A program made the translations under genes and the position numbers. A DNA stretch of 64,000 nucleotides, taken from IMG/VR virus record IMGVR_UViG_3300000553_000006, positions 1 to 64,000 of that record; one strand, 5' to 3'. The first letter of the stretch is position 1; every line of letters begins with the position of its first letter. The notes under the pieces were generated by a model. The model was not told where the DNA came from and searched no databases. It saw only the letters and a list, made by a program, of their open reading frames with translations. Positions 1 through 8,471 of this stretch are shown piece by piece. This DNA is from a virus. Taxonomy: Duplodnaviria > Heunggongvirae > Uroviricota > Caudoviricetes.

Positions 1-45
1 AGGGAGATGCTTTCTCCCCGAGAGCCTTCGCCCATAGTCTCCACA

Positions 46-363
46 TTATTCCTTCGGCTCAACATCACAAGGTAGATGATCGTAGGCAGAATAAGATTGA
101 ACTTCTGGATAGAGACGAACAACGTTGTCCGGAAGTTCTCTAACAGTGGTTACTGTCATATTGTTACGTTCAAGGACATTGATCGTCTCAAACAAAACGT
201 CGACTAGATCTTCAAGCATTCTAACATGTTCTAGAATCTCTGAGAGATCTTCGTCTCCTGAGTAATTATCAGGAACATCTCGACCCATAGATTCTGCATG
301 CAGAAAGCCATTTACTGTCGCCTGAGCAACTCGTTCACGTAGTCGTCTAATTACTTCATCCAT
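46..363 (-). CDS. hypothetical protein
   Basis: 105-aa ORF on the dominant coding strand, acidic, no recognisable motif. Confidence 0.45.
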   Translation of the reverse strand: MDEVIRRLRERVAQATVNGFLHAESMGRDVPDNYSGDEDLSEILEHVRMLEDLVDVLFETINVLERNNMTVTTVRELPDNVVRLYPEVQSYSAYDHLPCDVEPKE

Positions 364-469
364 TTACTCATACCCTCTTAGATGATTTTCACACCAATTA
401 TTTAACATAGCAAATGGAGATGTCACAAGCCACAATACACCAAGGAATAGAACTGCTAGAATGCGCATA

Positions 470-973
470 TCAGTCCCACAGTGCGAAATAGTATTTACCG
501 AAAAGCTGAATACCGTTCTTAATACGCTCGAAATGCTTTTCGTATCCTTCACGGTCGAACACATGAGTGTCCTTTGGACCAGTCTTCATTTCGACAAGAT
601 CTTCTTTACCTTCGACTGGTTCCCAGAGAATGTCGTGCTCACCAGAATGGAACTGATCTTCCCAATCTTCGTTGATCTGACCAAACGCCCAGATCATTTC
701 GTCGAGAACCCAGTCCCAACGCTCAAAGAAATTGTCGTCAGTATCCCATTCGTTTTCCTTGGCAGGAGCACTGGTGGAACGAAGATATTCTGGAACATCG
801 GCGTCGTCAACTTGCGGAGCGCCTTGCTTAACTTCCTTCAGTCGAAGAAGAGCAGGATGTATAATGTAAGCAAGAGTATGATCAAGACCCCAAACATCAT
901 AGTTGTCAATCCTTACTTCAATTTTGCGTTCTTTGGAGATATCTTTAGGATACCGACCCAGATGGACCTTCAT
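470..973 (-). CDS. hypothetical protein
   Basis: 167-aa ORF on the minus strand; the overlapping plus ORF 461..994 is treated as an antisense shadow. Confidence 0.5.
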   Translation of the reverse strand: MKVHLGRYPKDISKERKIEVRIDNYDVWGLDHTLAYIIHPALLRLKEVKQGAPQVDDADVPEYLRSTSAPAKENEWDTDDNFFERWDWVLDEMIWAFGQINEDWEDQFHSGEHDILWEPVEGKEDLVEMKTGPKDTHVFDREGYEKHFERIKNGIQLFGKYYFALWD

Positions 974-1098
974 TCTTCTTCTCCTGCTCTTTAATCTTAG
1001 ATTCTAGATCGTAGGGAATGCGTGTACCTTTGTACACTCGCACGCCTTGTGCATCATATTCCCAGTCACGCTTTTCTGGAATGTGAATGTTTTCCCAA

Positions 1099-1407
1099 TC
1101 ACTCATATAATTCGTCCCATTCTTTTTGAGTATGGAGTGGATTCCATACAAATAGTCCTCGACCAAAGAATCTCTTCGGAAATTTCCATTCACTCCAGCC
1201 AGAAGGAATTGGTTTATCCCAACCGTTCTTCTTGGCTTCAGAAACTGATTTGAAGATACCGACATGAGCAACAAGATGAGCCATCGTTGTCCACAAAGGC
1301 TGAATTTGAATTAGCTCATCGTTGTCTTCAAATAGCTTCCTATCAAATTGTTCATCGAACTTCGGTCCAATGAAGCAGAAATCAAGACTTTTCGACGCCT
1401 CGGTCAT
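1099..1407 (-). CDS. hypothetical protein
   Basis: 102-aa ORF; a second frame (945..1274) overlaps it, with a plausible internal start at 1106 (MSDWENIH...). Confidence 0.45.
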   Translation of the reverse strand: MTEASKSLDFCFIGPKFDEQFDRKLFEDNDELIQIQPLWTTMAHLVAHVGIFKSVSEAKKNGWDKPIPSGWSEWKFPKRFFGRGLFVWNPLHTQKEWDELYE

Positions 1408-1705
1408 TTATATATCCATGTTCCTTTAGAGCACGAATCACAGCCAGAGCAGTTCCTAGCTCGTTTCGGCCAGTTTCTTCGGCCCAAGCCACAGCCTTTT
1501 TGCACGCTTGAACAGCTTCGTCAGACATTTCCATGGACATATCAGTATACGTCCTGTCAGAAATTCCTTTACCGACACGTCGAAGGTAATCCATACCACC
1601 GTCGACAGAAATGTTACCACACTTACAGGTCTTGAAGTCGTGGCGATTGGCTGAGTAGATATAGTCGTCGCACTTGTTACAGCGCACAGCGTTCTGAATA
1701 ATCAT
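1382..1705 (-). CDS. Cys-rich zinc-ribbon-like protein
   Basis: N-terminal CNKCDD...CKCG cysteine pairs; TTGACA-type promoter upstream at about 1745. Confidence 0.45.
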   Translation of the reverse strand: MIIQNAVRCNKCDDYIYSANRHDFKTCKCGNISVDGGMDYLRRVGKGISDRTYTDMSMEMSDEAVQACKKAVAWAEETGRNELGTALAVIRALKEHGYINDRGVEKS

Positions 1706-1754
1706 CGGTTACCCTTTCATGATATCATCATGATACCGCTGAATTGATTAAATG

Positions 1755-1776
1755 TCAAGGGGGGATTTTCATCCCC
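1755..1776 (-). terminator. GC hairpin GGGGGGA-TTTTC-ATCCCCCC between two genes
   Basis: 8-bp G/C stem directly downstream of the SPFH gene stop (1788) and overlapping the next promoter. Confidence 0.4.
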
Positions 1777-1787
1777 CCACAACGACA

Positions 1788-2540
1788 TTATTCCTTTGGT
1801 AGCTCAAGAAACGGGATAGGACCGCCACCACCAACGTAGGTCGGAAGTTGTCCATTCCACTTTTCAACCGCTGCGCGTTGATTTTCAACAGCCTTCAGCT
1901 TGACCAGTTCTGGAGAAGTACGCACAGACTCGGCAAGCAGAGCGTTTGCATCGGCTTGTCCCTTGGCTTCAGCAACCTTGGCTTGTGCTTGAGCAGTCGC
2001 GGTAGCAACAGCGGCTTGAGCAGCTAGAGCAGCTTGCTCGTTAGCTTGTCGGTTGTTGATTTGGGCTTGAATTTGGTCGGGAAGATGCAGACCAGACCAG
2101 AACAGGTCTTCGATATTCAGACCAAACGGAGCAAAGTGAGCAGCCACTTGAGTGTGAACACGATTCAGGAACTCAACCTTCTTCGGTCCTTGAATGTCGT
2201 CAACAACATATTCGCTGCCGACGTTGTTCAGCTGAGTACGAATTTCGTTACGAATCTGATTCGAGACGAGAGCTTCAGCAGTCGAGCGGAACTTACTATA
2301 CAGCTTTGGAGCATCGGAAACCGAATAGCTCACACCGATATCAGCACGAAGAGGAACACCGTTCTTATCGTTGAACGTAAATTCTTCGTTTACCGAATTA
2401 CCTTCGGAAGCAGCAGCGGTATAGGTATATTGTTGAGTAAAAACAGGATACTCAATGATGTTGGTTCCAAGAGGAGTCAGATACGTACCAACACCAAGAG
2501 CTTGTTGATCAATACCAGCACCTGAACCATACTGATTCAC
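1788..2540 (-). CDS. SPFH/band-7 (prohibitin/HflK-like) domain protein
   Basis: Band-7 core followed by an Ala/Gln-rich coiled segment (AQAAVATATAQAQAKVAEAKGQADANALLAE), typical of SPFH proteins; the reading frame stays open upstream to about 2633 with an LAAC lipobox-like motif. Confidence 0.55.
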   Translation of the reverse strand: MNQYGSGAGIDQQALGVGTYLTPLGTNIIEYPVFTQQYTYTAAASEGNSVNEEFTFNDKNGVPLRADIGVSYSVSDAPKLYSKFRSTAEALVSNQIRNEIRTQLNNVGSEYVVDDIQGPKKVEFLNRVHTQVAAHFAPFGLNIEDLFWSGLHLPDQIQAQINNRQANEQAALAAQAAVATATAQAQAKVAEAKGQADANALLAESVRTSPELVKLKAVENQRAAVEKWNGQLPTYVGGGGPIPFLELPKE

Positions 2541-2633
2541 CTTAATACCGACGTGACCAGGATGAACCTGACCACAAGCCGCGAGCGTATAGCCGCAGCT
2601 GTAACCAATAGAATACGCTTCATGATATAATCC

Positions 2634-2879
2634 TTAAGAGTTAAAATTGTTGTAGAATTTCCGAATGCCGAGATAGAACGACACAAAGAACCACAGAGCC
2701 ACGACTGGTACTGCAATCATCCCAACCACGGGGACACCAGTCAACATGTCGTCACGAGCATTAATGCAATCAGGGATAACTACACGAGCGAGAACTGCAA
2801 TAATGATCAGAGAGATCGCGCCCTTTACAAACGTCCACGAAACAAAATTTCGTAGAGCCTTGATTTTACTATCGTCCAT
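2634..2879 (-). CDS. small membrane protein
   Basis: 81 aa, two hydrophobic helices. Confidence 0.45.
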   Translation of the reverse strand: MDDSKIKALRNFVSWTFVKGAISLIIIAVLARVVIPDCINARDDMLTGVPVVGMIAVPVVALWFFVSFYLGIRKFYNNFNS

Positions 2880-2985
2880 TGTGCTTTCTCCTCCACCAGA
2901 AGTAGACTTCCGCTACCATCTGCCCAATCAGAACAAGTGCAGCGAATAGAAAGAAGCCAGCAATCATGTGGTCCTTGGTCATTGA

Positions 2986-3555
2986 TTAACGCTTCCTAAA
3001 CATAAAGCGGACAACCCAAACCAGCATAGCGATGAAGAGAATCAGCAGAAGGATTTGGAAAACGATAGCCAGGAAATACCCGACAGGGTTAGGAGCCGGA
3101 GCATAGCCAGGAGCGTAGCCGCCAGCCATAGGAGCGCCATAGCCACCACCGTTCACGTAGACTGGCTGACGATTGTGATCCATAGCCCACATCCAGAACC
3201 AAGGATTACCGCCGATACCACCGCTGCTGTAGTGATGTACGACAGTGCTGCCACCATATCCGCCGCCATACGAGCGCGAAGGAACAACAGCCGTTTGAGC
3301 AGGCTTATAGCTGTAGCCACCACCGCTTGAATAGCTGCGCGAAGGAGCAGCGGGAGCCGAATAGCTAGAGCCAGACGACCAAGAGCGACTCGGAGAAGAA
3401 TAGCTTGGGATGCTATAGCTGCGAGAAGAGAAACTCGATCCACTCGAGAAACTGGAGCGAGAACTAAAACCACCGCCACTCGAGAAACCACGAGCATCAG
3501 CAGCGCTGGCGATCATCGCGCAAGCGACGGCGCCAAGTAGAAACTTCTTGAACAT
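2986..3555 (-). CDS. secreted/anchored Ser-Gly-Tyr-rich low-complexity protein
   Basis: Signal peptide MFKKFLLGAVACAMIASAADA, long S/G/Y repeats (SSGSSFSSRSYS...), C-terminal TM helix plus RFMFRKR. Confidence 0.55.
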   Translation of the reverse strand: MFKKFLLGAVACAMIASAADARGFSSGGGFSSRSSFSSGSSFSSRSYSIPSYSSPSRSWSSGSSYSAPAAPSRSYSSGGGYSYKPAQTAVVPSRSYGGGYGGSTVVHHYSSGGIGGNPWFWMWAMDHNRQPVYVNGGGYGAPMAGGYAPGYAPAPNPVGYFLAIVFQILLLILFIAMLVWVVRFMFRKR

Positions 3556-3566
3556 AATGAATTTCC

Positions 3567-3794
3567 TTATTTCGTTTCAACCAAGAAATTACCGAAACCA
3601 TCAAGGAGTTGATCCTTGGTGATCTTTTCGTTATTCGCGTTTTCGTTAAGATACGCGATCATCTTCTCAAGCATATCTTCCTTGGCTTCAAGGTATTCGA
3701 TATAGTTTTGAGCTTCATCAACTACCTTGCCCACAGCGTAGGCTTGAGTTTGGCGAAGATTGTTAAAGTCTTCAAGCAGTCCATCGTATCGCAT
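3567..3794 (-). CDS. hypothetical protein
   Basis: 75-aa ORF; TTGACATTAAAT promoter at 3845..3857 upstream. Confidence 0.45.
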   Translation of the reverse strand: MRYDGLLEDFNNLRQTQAYAVGKVVDEAQNYIEYLEAKEDMLEKMIAYLNENANNEKITKDQLLDGFGNFLVETK

Positions 3795-3834
3795 TTGCGA
3801 TTCCTTTCATGTATCAGATATTCATATTATAAAT

Positions 3835-4113
3835 TCAAACCAATTTAATGTCAAGCCGCAATTGAAAGTATACCAGCAAGCCAAGCCAGATACCGTTAAC
3901 AACTACTACTCCCATACCACCAACAAACGACAGCCATTGATGTAAATGAGGATAATAGAATAGATTCCAGAAACCCCAAAGAAAGAAGAACAACGTAGGA
4001 GCCCAGTGGACGCCTGAGATCTTCTTGTCTTTCCAGAGACGGACTACGTTTGTCCAAAGACAAGCAGCCCCAAACAACTCGAACGATCCATTAATCAGAT
4101 CAGGAAGGTTCAC
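3835..4113 (-). CDS. membrane protein
   Basis: 92 aa, multiple TM segments (FFFLWGFWNLFYY, VVVVNGIWLGLLVYF). Confidence 0.45.
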   Translation of the reverse strand: MNLPDLINGSFELFGAACLWTNVVRLWKDKKISGVHWAPTLFFFLWGFWNLFYYPHLHQWLSFVGGMGVVVVNGIWLGLLVYFQLRLDIKLV

Positions 4114-4349
4114 TCGTTTATTCCATCAAACAGAACTTCTACTTCATACATATCAAGGATTGCTTTCGCGACCTCAACAGCCTGTTCCCGATCAAAGCAC
4201 AGATCCCCCGCAAGAGTTCCATCTTTCTCGTATTGAGCAAGTCTCACGCCACCACTATAATCTTCACCAATGGTGACATAATGTCCAACGACTTCATGAA
4301 GAATGTGCATCTCACGAATATACTTACTTACCATTTTCATATTCCTCAA
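4110..4349 (-). CDS. hypothetical protein
   Basis: 79-aa ORF whose start codon overlaps the stop of the upstream ORF 4466..4678. Confidence 0.4.
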   Translation of the reverse strand: MRNMKMVSKYIREMHILHEVVGHYVTIGEDYSGGVRLAQYEKDGTLAGDLCFDREQAVEVAKAILDMYEVEVLFDGINE

Positions 4350-4465
4350 AGGTTGTATAACGCATACCAGGAATTAGAGGTTCACCACCATAGATGTATT
4401 CTGGATCGTAAAAAGGAATTGAATACAATCGTTTTCCAGTAGTAGCGTCTATGTAATGACAGATC

Positions 4466-4678
4466 TTATTGGGCTGGGGCTCGTTGCTCATGGCGTTCCT
4501 TCATCAGCTGACAGTCGACCTTCATATCTCGAGCAAGAGATATGAGTGCGTCAAGCATAGAAATAGTGGTGTCGAATTGCTTCTTTTGATTGAGACGATA
4601 GATGCGCATAGCGAATTCGCCAACAGCATCTTCAGCCATTTCTTCGTCAGTACGTCGCTTGCTCATGGTATGCTCCAA
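4466..4678 (-). CDS. hypothetical protein
   Basis: 70-aa ORF; promoter motif attaatgtcaag at about 4708. Confidence 0.4.
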   Translation of the reverse strand: MEHTMSKRRTDEEMAEDAVGEFAMRIYRLNQKKQFDTTISMLDALISLARDMKVDCQLMKERHEQRAPAQ

Positions 4679-4714
4679 ATCATTAAGTAATACTACCGCC
4701 GAACGGTATTAATG

Positions 4715-5086
4715 TCAAGTAATGTAGTTGTTCTCACGAGCACTTTTAATGTATGCGTGGATCTTCAGACTACCCACAGGGTTCATGCTGTGTACAACGT
4801 AGTCTGGGAATGGTAGATTGTTTTCATGACAAAGATCAACTAACCAAACAGCGCAATGATAGCCTGTTTTCTCTGGTCCATAATCATCAGAACCAGCAGA
4901 CATAGCTTGATAGTGTTGATCAGCAAGATCATGATCGAAACAAACGAATTCTGGCAGACCATTCATAACGATGAATTTAACAAACTCATCATACGATCTG
5001 ACGATTTCGTATGGACCAACAGGAAATGATACCCAGGTTACTTGTCCTGGGTATCGCTCATCATCTAGAAATAGTTTGTAAGTCAT
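4715..5086 (-). CDS. hypothetical protein
   Basis: 123-aa ORF. Confidence 0.45.
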   Translation of the reverse strand: MTYKLFLDDERYPGQVTWVSFPVGPYEIVRSYDEFVKFIVMNGLPEFVCFDHDLADQHYQAMSAGSDDYGPEKTGYHCAVWLVDLCHENNLPFPDYVVHSMNPVGSLKIHAYIKSARENNYIT

Positions 5087-5475
5087 TTTTCTTCTGCAAT
5101 GATCAAACCAAAGCCACCGTAGTAGCCGTTGTGTTGATTGTGATTGGTTACAGTGATAAATCCTGTATCCGTTTGAATTTCAAGGAAAGCAGTTTCGTGA
5201 CAATCGCCATACTCGCCTTCCTCAAATGGTCCTTCTTTGACTTTTGCATGGACCCAACGACCACCAACAAGAGATTTAACGTCATCATCTGTGGTCATGT
5301 AACGAGATTCGCAGCATGATTGTCCGTCGTCGAACAACTTAATCTTGGTACCATCATCGAACTTGATGTGAATCGCTTCGTCATCCATCGTAGCATTGAT
5401 GACCTTACGTCCTCTGTATTCGTCTGACGTTTTACCATCTCTCCAGCTAGTTCCTAGCAAATATCCATCTTCCAT
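5083..5475 (-). CDS. hypothetical protein
   Basis: 130-aa ORF, 4-nt overlap with the upstream gene. Confidence 0.45.
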   Translation of the reverse strand: MEDGYLLGTSWRDGKTSDEYRGRKVINATMDDEAIHIKFDDGTKIKLFDDGQSCCESRYMTTDDDVKSLVGGRWVHAKVKEGPFEEGEYGDCHETAFLEIQTDTGFITVTNHNQHNGYYGGFGLIIAEEK

Positions 5476-5476
5476 C

Positions 5477-5818
5477 TTATTTCTCCATCACTGGCAACAG
5501 CGTATACATTTCTTTGTCGTCTAAAATAACTTCTTTGGCTCCAGGTCTACTGGTTTTGTCAACCAGATTTAGAGCGATACAATACCTACCATATTCATAG
5601 GTAAACACACCGCCCGACTGACCACCATCGAAGATACTTGCATCCCAATTATCTTCGGCTGCTTTATATCCTCTGGGTCGCCTAACAAAGAATCCAGTCA
5701 ATTTAGCTGCGTAATCGTCAATATACTTCTGACGAGCCTTATGGAAAAGATCATCCCAATGCTTCACAGCAAGTTGTGCATGCGTATTCACAAACTCACG
5801 ATCATAGACAGCTTTCAT
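5477..5818 (-). CDS. hypothetical protein
   Basis: 113-aa ORF. Confidence 0.45.
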   Translation of the reverse strand: MKAVYDREFVNTHAQLAVKHWDDLFHKARQKYIDDYAAKLTGFFVRRPRGYKAAEDNWDASIFDGGQSGGVFTYEYGRYCIALNLVDKTSRPGAKEVILDDKEMYTLLPVMEK

Positions 5819-6051
5819 TTTCTTTCCTTTACATACGCTCTAGCAGCTTTTCTTATGAAAGAGCGTGCTTCATCTTCAGTCATGTATCCAGCTTCGTAGG
5901 GAATACTTCCGTACGATTCATCGTAGCGCCAGTCCCCAACAGATAAAGACCACCGATTATGTCTGGCTCTAAAGTAGAACTCAACACCATCGATGGTACC
6001 TTCACCCTGAACGGGACATTCGCCATAGATCTCTCTAATGATCAGCTTCAT
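5815..6051 (-). CDS. hypothetical protein
   Basis: 78-aa ORF. Confidence 0.4.
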   Translation of the reverse strand: MKLIIREIYGECPVQGEGTIDGVEFYFRARHNRWSLSVGDWRYDESYGSIPYEAGYMTEDEARSFIRKAARAYVKERK

Positions 6052-6069
6052 GGCTTACTCTTATGAAAT

Positions 6070-6144
6070 TGGATGGGGGTTTGGGCTTCGAACCCATCTC
6101 TCCTGATTCAAAGTCAGGTATCCTACCAACTAGACGATCCCCCA
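6070..6144 (-). tRNA. tRNA-Gln (UUG)
   Basis: Manual fold of the minus strand: acceptor TGGGGGA/ACCCCCA, T-loop GGTTCGAAGCC, anticodon arm CCTGA-CTTTGAA-TCAGG, encoded CCA. Confidence 0.75.
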
Positions 6145-6145
6145 A

Positions 6146-6219
6146 TGGCGCTCATGACGGGACTCGAACCCGCCTTACCGGATCGACAGTCCGGTCCCTT
6201 CCCTGATGGGTACATGAGC
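6146..6219 (-). tRNA. tRNA-Asp (GUC)
   Basis: Manual fold: anticodon arm CCGGA-CTGTCGA-TCCGG, T-loop GGTTCGAGTCC, acceptor GCTCATG/CATGAGC, CCA; a minus-sense TATAAATA late box lies just upstream (6229..6236). Confidence 0.75.
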
Positions 6220-6331
6220 ATAGTAACTTATTTATACCACAAAAACAACTGCAATAGGGACCAGCGATCTTTTTCCGAGGTGCCATAGGGAATGTCGGAA
6301 AAGACTATTACTCCCATAAGGACGCTGGTTG

Positions 6332-6955
6332 CTAACTTCTCCCAAATCTCCAACCTTCAGGCAAAGATTCGGATTTATTAATCTTTTTACTACGAATTCC
6401 ATCTGTTATCCAAACTTTACCTAAATTTGGTGAACATTTTAGATTTTGAAATGGGTGAGTTCCAGTTTGGAATTGTAGTCTAGAAGAAATAGAAACTGAT
6501 CTACAAAAGTTTTCTCTGAATTTATGGTCCGTTTCTAATTTATATTTTCTTTTTGTGTTACCTAGAATAGAAGCAGCTTTGAAATCAACATTTTGTTTTT
6601 GTATCGGAACAGATAATCCATTAGTATTGATATAACCAAATCCACCTTTACCGCCAGGACAGATATTATACGTATCTTCTCGTAAACAAAACTCTTCTGT
6701 CACTAACTCTTTTTCTTTATTGTTCATTTCTTCTTCAGAGTCAAACACAAAAAGAATTTCTTTAGAGAACTTATCTAATCCATATTTCTTCTGGGATCGT
6801 TTAAGATTTTGACCAGAACCCATGTATCCATCAGTCAAAGACTTTGTTTGATGTTTACCAATATAGATCTTATTATTAATAGAACAAGTAATTTTATAGA
6901 CAGTATAAAACAAAGTACTACCCCTGGAATTATTGAAAGGTCTTAGTATGCCCAT
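6332..6955 (-). CDS. GIY-YIG homing endonuclease (seg-like), paralog of 46212..46826
   Basis: FYTVYKITCSINNKIYIGKHQT...DGYMGSG GIY-YIG core, and the C-terminal two thirds are near-identical to paralog 46212..46826 (KELVTEEF, NICPGGKGGFGYIN), giving a family-typical size of 207 aa with a putative DNA-binding tail. Confidence 0.8.
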   Translation of the reverse strand: MGILRPFNNSRGSTLFYTVYKITCSINNKIYIGKHQTKSLTDGYMGSGQNLKRSQKKYGLDKFSKEILFVFDSEEEMNNKEKELVTEEFCLREDTYNICPGGKGGFGYINTNGLSVPIQKQNVDFKAASILGNTKRKYKLETDHKFRENFCRSVSISSRLQFQTGTHPFQNLKCSPNLGKVWITDGIRSKKINKSESLPEGWRFGRS

Positions 6956-6965
6956 TTATAATTCC
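6926..6965 (-). promoter_or_regulatory. leader hairpin enclosing the start codon of the GIY-YIG gene
   Basis: Arms GGAATTAT/ATAATTCC flank a conserved loop AAATGGGCATACTAAGACCTTTC; a minus-sense TATAAATG late-like box overlaps. Confidence 0.55.
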
Positions 6966-7059
6966 AGAGGCTTGTGTCAGAGCAACTGGTAACGCTCCAG
7001 TATAGCCAGCTTCCAAAGCCAACTGAGATCCTTGTCTTTCCTACTCTGATAACTCAAAA

Positions 7060-7146
7060 TGGAGGGTCCTGTGGGATTCGAACCCACGGTGTGCTTGCGC
7101 ATGCAGATTAAGAGTCTGCTCGTTTCGACCGCTTACCTAAAAACCC
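7060..7146 (-). tRNA. type II (long variable arm) tRNA, anticodon reads CUU as folded
   Basis: 87 nt. Acceptor GGGUUUU/AGGACCC with two G.U pairs. Ser-like D-loop AAGCGGTCGAA. Anticodon arm GCAGA-CTCTTAA-TCTGC. 15-nt variable arm. T-arm GTGGG-TTCGAAT-CCCAC. Encoded CCA. The anticodon assignment is not standard for a type II tRNA. Confidence 0.55.
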
Positions 7147-7214
7147 ATAAGAGTGTTATTTAGTCACCCAACTGTTACATTATAGGTGAAGAGCGAATTA
7201 AAAGCAACTGATTT

Positions 7215-7562
7215 TTAGAACCAGTCGATTCCTCCACCCTTGTGGTGAACGGCGATCTCACGACCTCTATCCATCCACAGACCGCCCCAGCCGCTTTTGC
7301 TGTTCTTACGAATGTAAGCCTCAGGAGAGTCGCCATAGATTTCTGGATTCTCGGTTCCCTTGTCGTCGTTCCATTGGTCAGACCAACGGTTTCCGCAGCA
7401 AGGACAGTCACCTGATCCATCGAAATACAATCCGATACGCTCAGCACGGTCGTTAGCTTCAGCAGCTGAATCAGCTTCGATCACAACGAAGTGTGTGATC
7501 CCACGGTCCTTATCATAATCGAATGAGCCGCCACTGTTGTTTTGGTTGAATGTATACCACAT
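7215..7562 (-). CDS. hypothetical protein
   Basis: 115-aa ORF (CPCCGNRWSDQWND...); the overlapping frame 7175..7447 is rejected. Confidence 0.45.
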   Translation of the reverse strand: MWYTFNQNNSGGSFDYDKDRGITHFVVIEADSAAEANDRAERIGLYFDGSGDCPCCGNRWSDQWNDDKGTENPEIYGDSPEAYIRKNSKSGWGGLWMDRGREIAVHHKGGGIDWF

Positions 7563-7726
7563 AACAAGTTTCCTATTTAATTAATGTTTTCAGCCTTTTC
7601 CATAGAGAAGGCTTCTCTTCTTCTTCTTCGGTTTCTGAAGCATGTTAAGATCACGCTGTCGGAATTTAGCATCCGGAGAAATGTTAAGATTCGAAGACAT
7701 AGAAAACTCCTTTGTGAGTAAACTAT

Positions 7727-7942
7727 TTAGTCTTGAATTTCATACTCAAGAATAGCAGAGCAGACAATTTCGCCTTCATCGTCGTTGTAATGTGTGTTAA
7801 TGTAACAACCATTACGAATACCGAAGCTTGATGCAGCTTGCTGAATGTTCTTGTATGCTTTACTGCCCTTGGTGACCTTAAAGGTCTTCACTTCATCGTG
7901 TTCCATCTCATGGAACCCGTACTTAGATGCGTTCCTAGCCAT
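7727..7942 (-). CDS. hypothetical protein
   Basis: 71-aa ORF. Confidence 0.4.
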   Translation of the reverse strand: MARNASKYGFHEMEHDEVKTFKVTKGSKAYKNIQQAASSFGIRNGCYINTHYNDDEGEIVCSAILEYEIQD

Positions 7943-7951
7943 AATATCTCC

Positions 7952-8233
7952 TTACTTTACTAGCTTAACAAGCTCTTGAAAATCTTCGTTGGATAGAGAG
8001 TCTGTCTCAAACCCGCTCTCTAAAGACAAACCAAACGAAGGAATGTCTAACCCCTTGAATAGATGTTCAATTGAACAATAGATAGATTCGGTATACTTCC
8101 GAGGAGAGTTGTTAGGATCTCCATAAACTTCTCCAACCAGAACGAACAGAGTTACCAGCTCTTCTGGACTCAAAGAAAGATTGTATGTCTTTTCTGATTT
8201 AATGTCAATCTTCGCCATCATCGTCTCCATCAT
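7952..8233 (-). CDS. hypothetical protein
   Basis: 93-aa ORF. Confidence 0.4.
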   Translation of the reverse strand: MMETMMAKIDIKSEKTYNLSLSPEELVTLFVLVGEVYGDPNNSPRKYTESIYCSIEHLFKGLDIPSFGLSLESGFETDSLSNEDFQELVKLVK

Positions 8234-8471
8234 CCCAAACTAATTCCGAATACTTACGAGTGTAGGTATATGTTTCTTCCTTCTTAACGATCTTAGCTCG
8301 AGACTTTACATCGGCGAGCTGTGCTGCAATTTCCTTTTGAACAGCGTCGTTGAATTCATCTGAGAACACATAGGTGTAGCGTTCCAGACTCATAAGAGTA
8401 TCAAGTCCTTCGCTCCATTCGTCAGAAGCAAGATCCGTGTAATCTGTTAGTTCTTCAGAAGGTGTGCGCAT
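8205..8471 (-). CDS. hypothetical acidic protein
   Basis: 88-aa ORF with C-terminal DDGDDDGED. Confidence 0.4.
   Translation of the reverse strand: MRTPSEELTDYTDLASDEWSEGLDTLMSLERYTYVFSDEFNDAVQKEIAAQLADVKSRAKIVKKEETYTYTRKYSELVWDDGDDDGED

Noticed and set aside
461-994. 177-aa plus-strand ORF
   Set aside because: Fully overlaps the minus-strand ORF 470..973 within a minus-strand gene run; composition fits an antisense shadow of the minus gene.
7175-7447. 90-aa minus-strand ORF
   Set aside because: Different frame, entirely inside 7215..7562, which has the more protein-like sequence; likely spurious.
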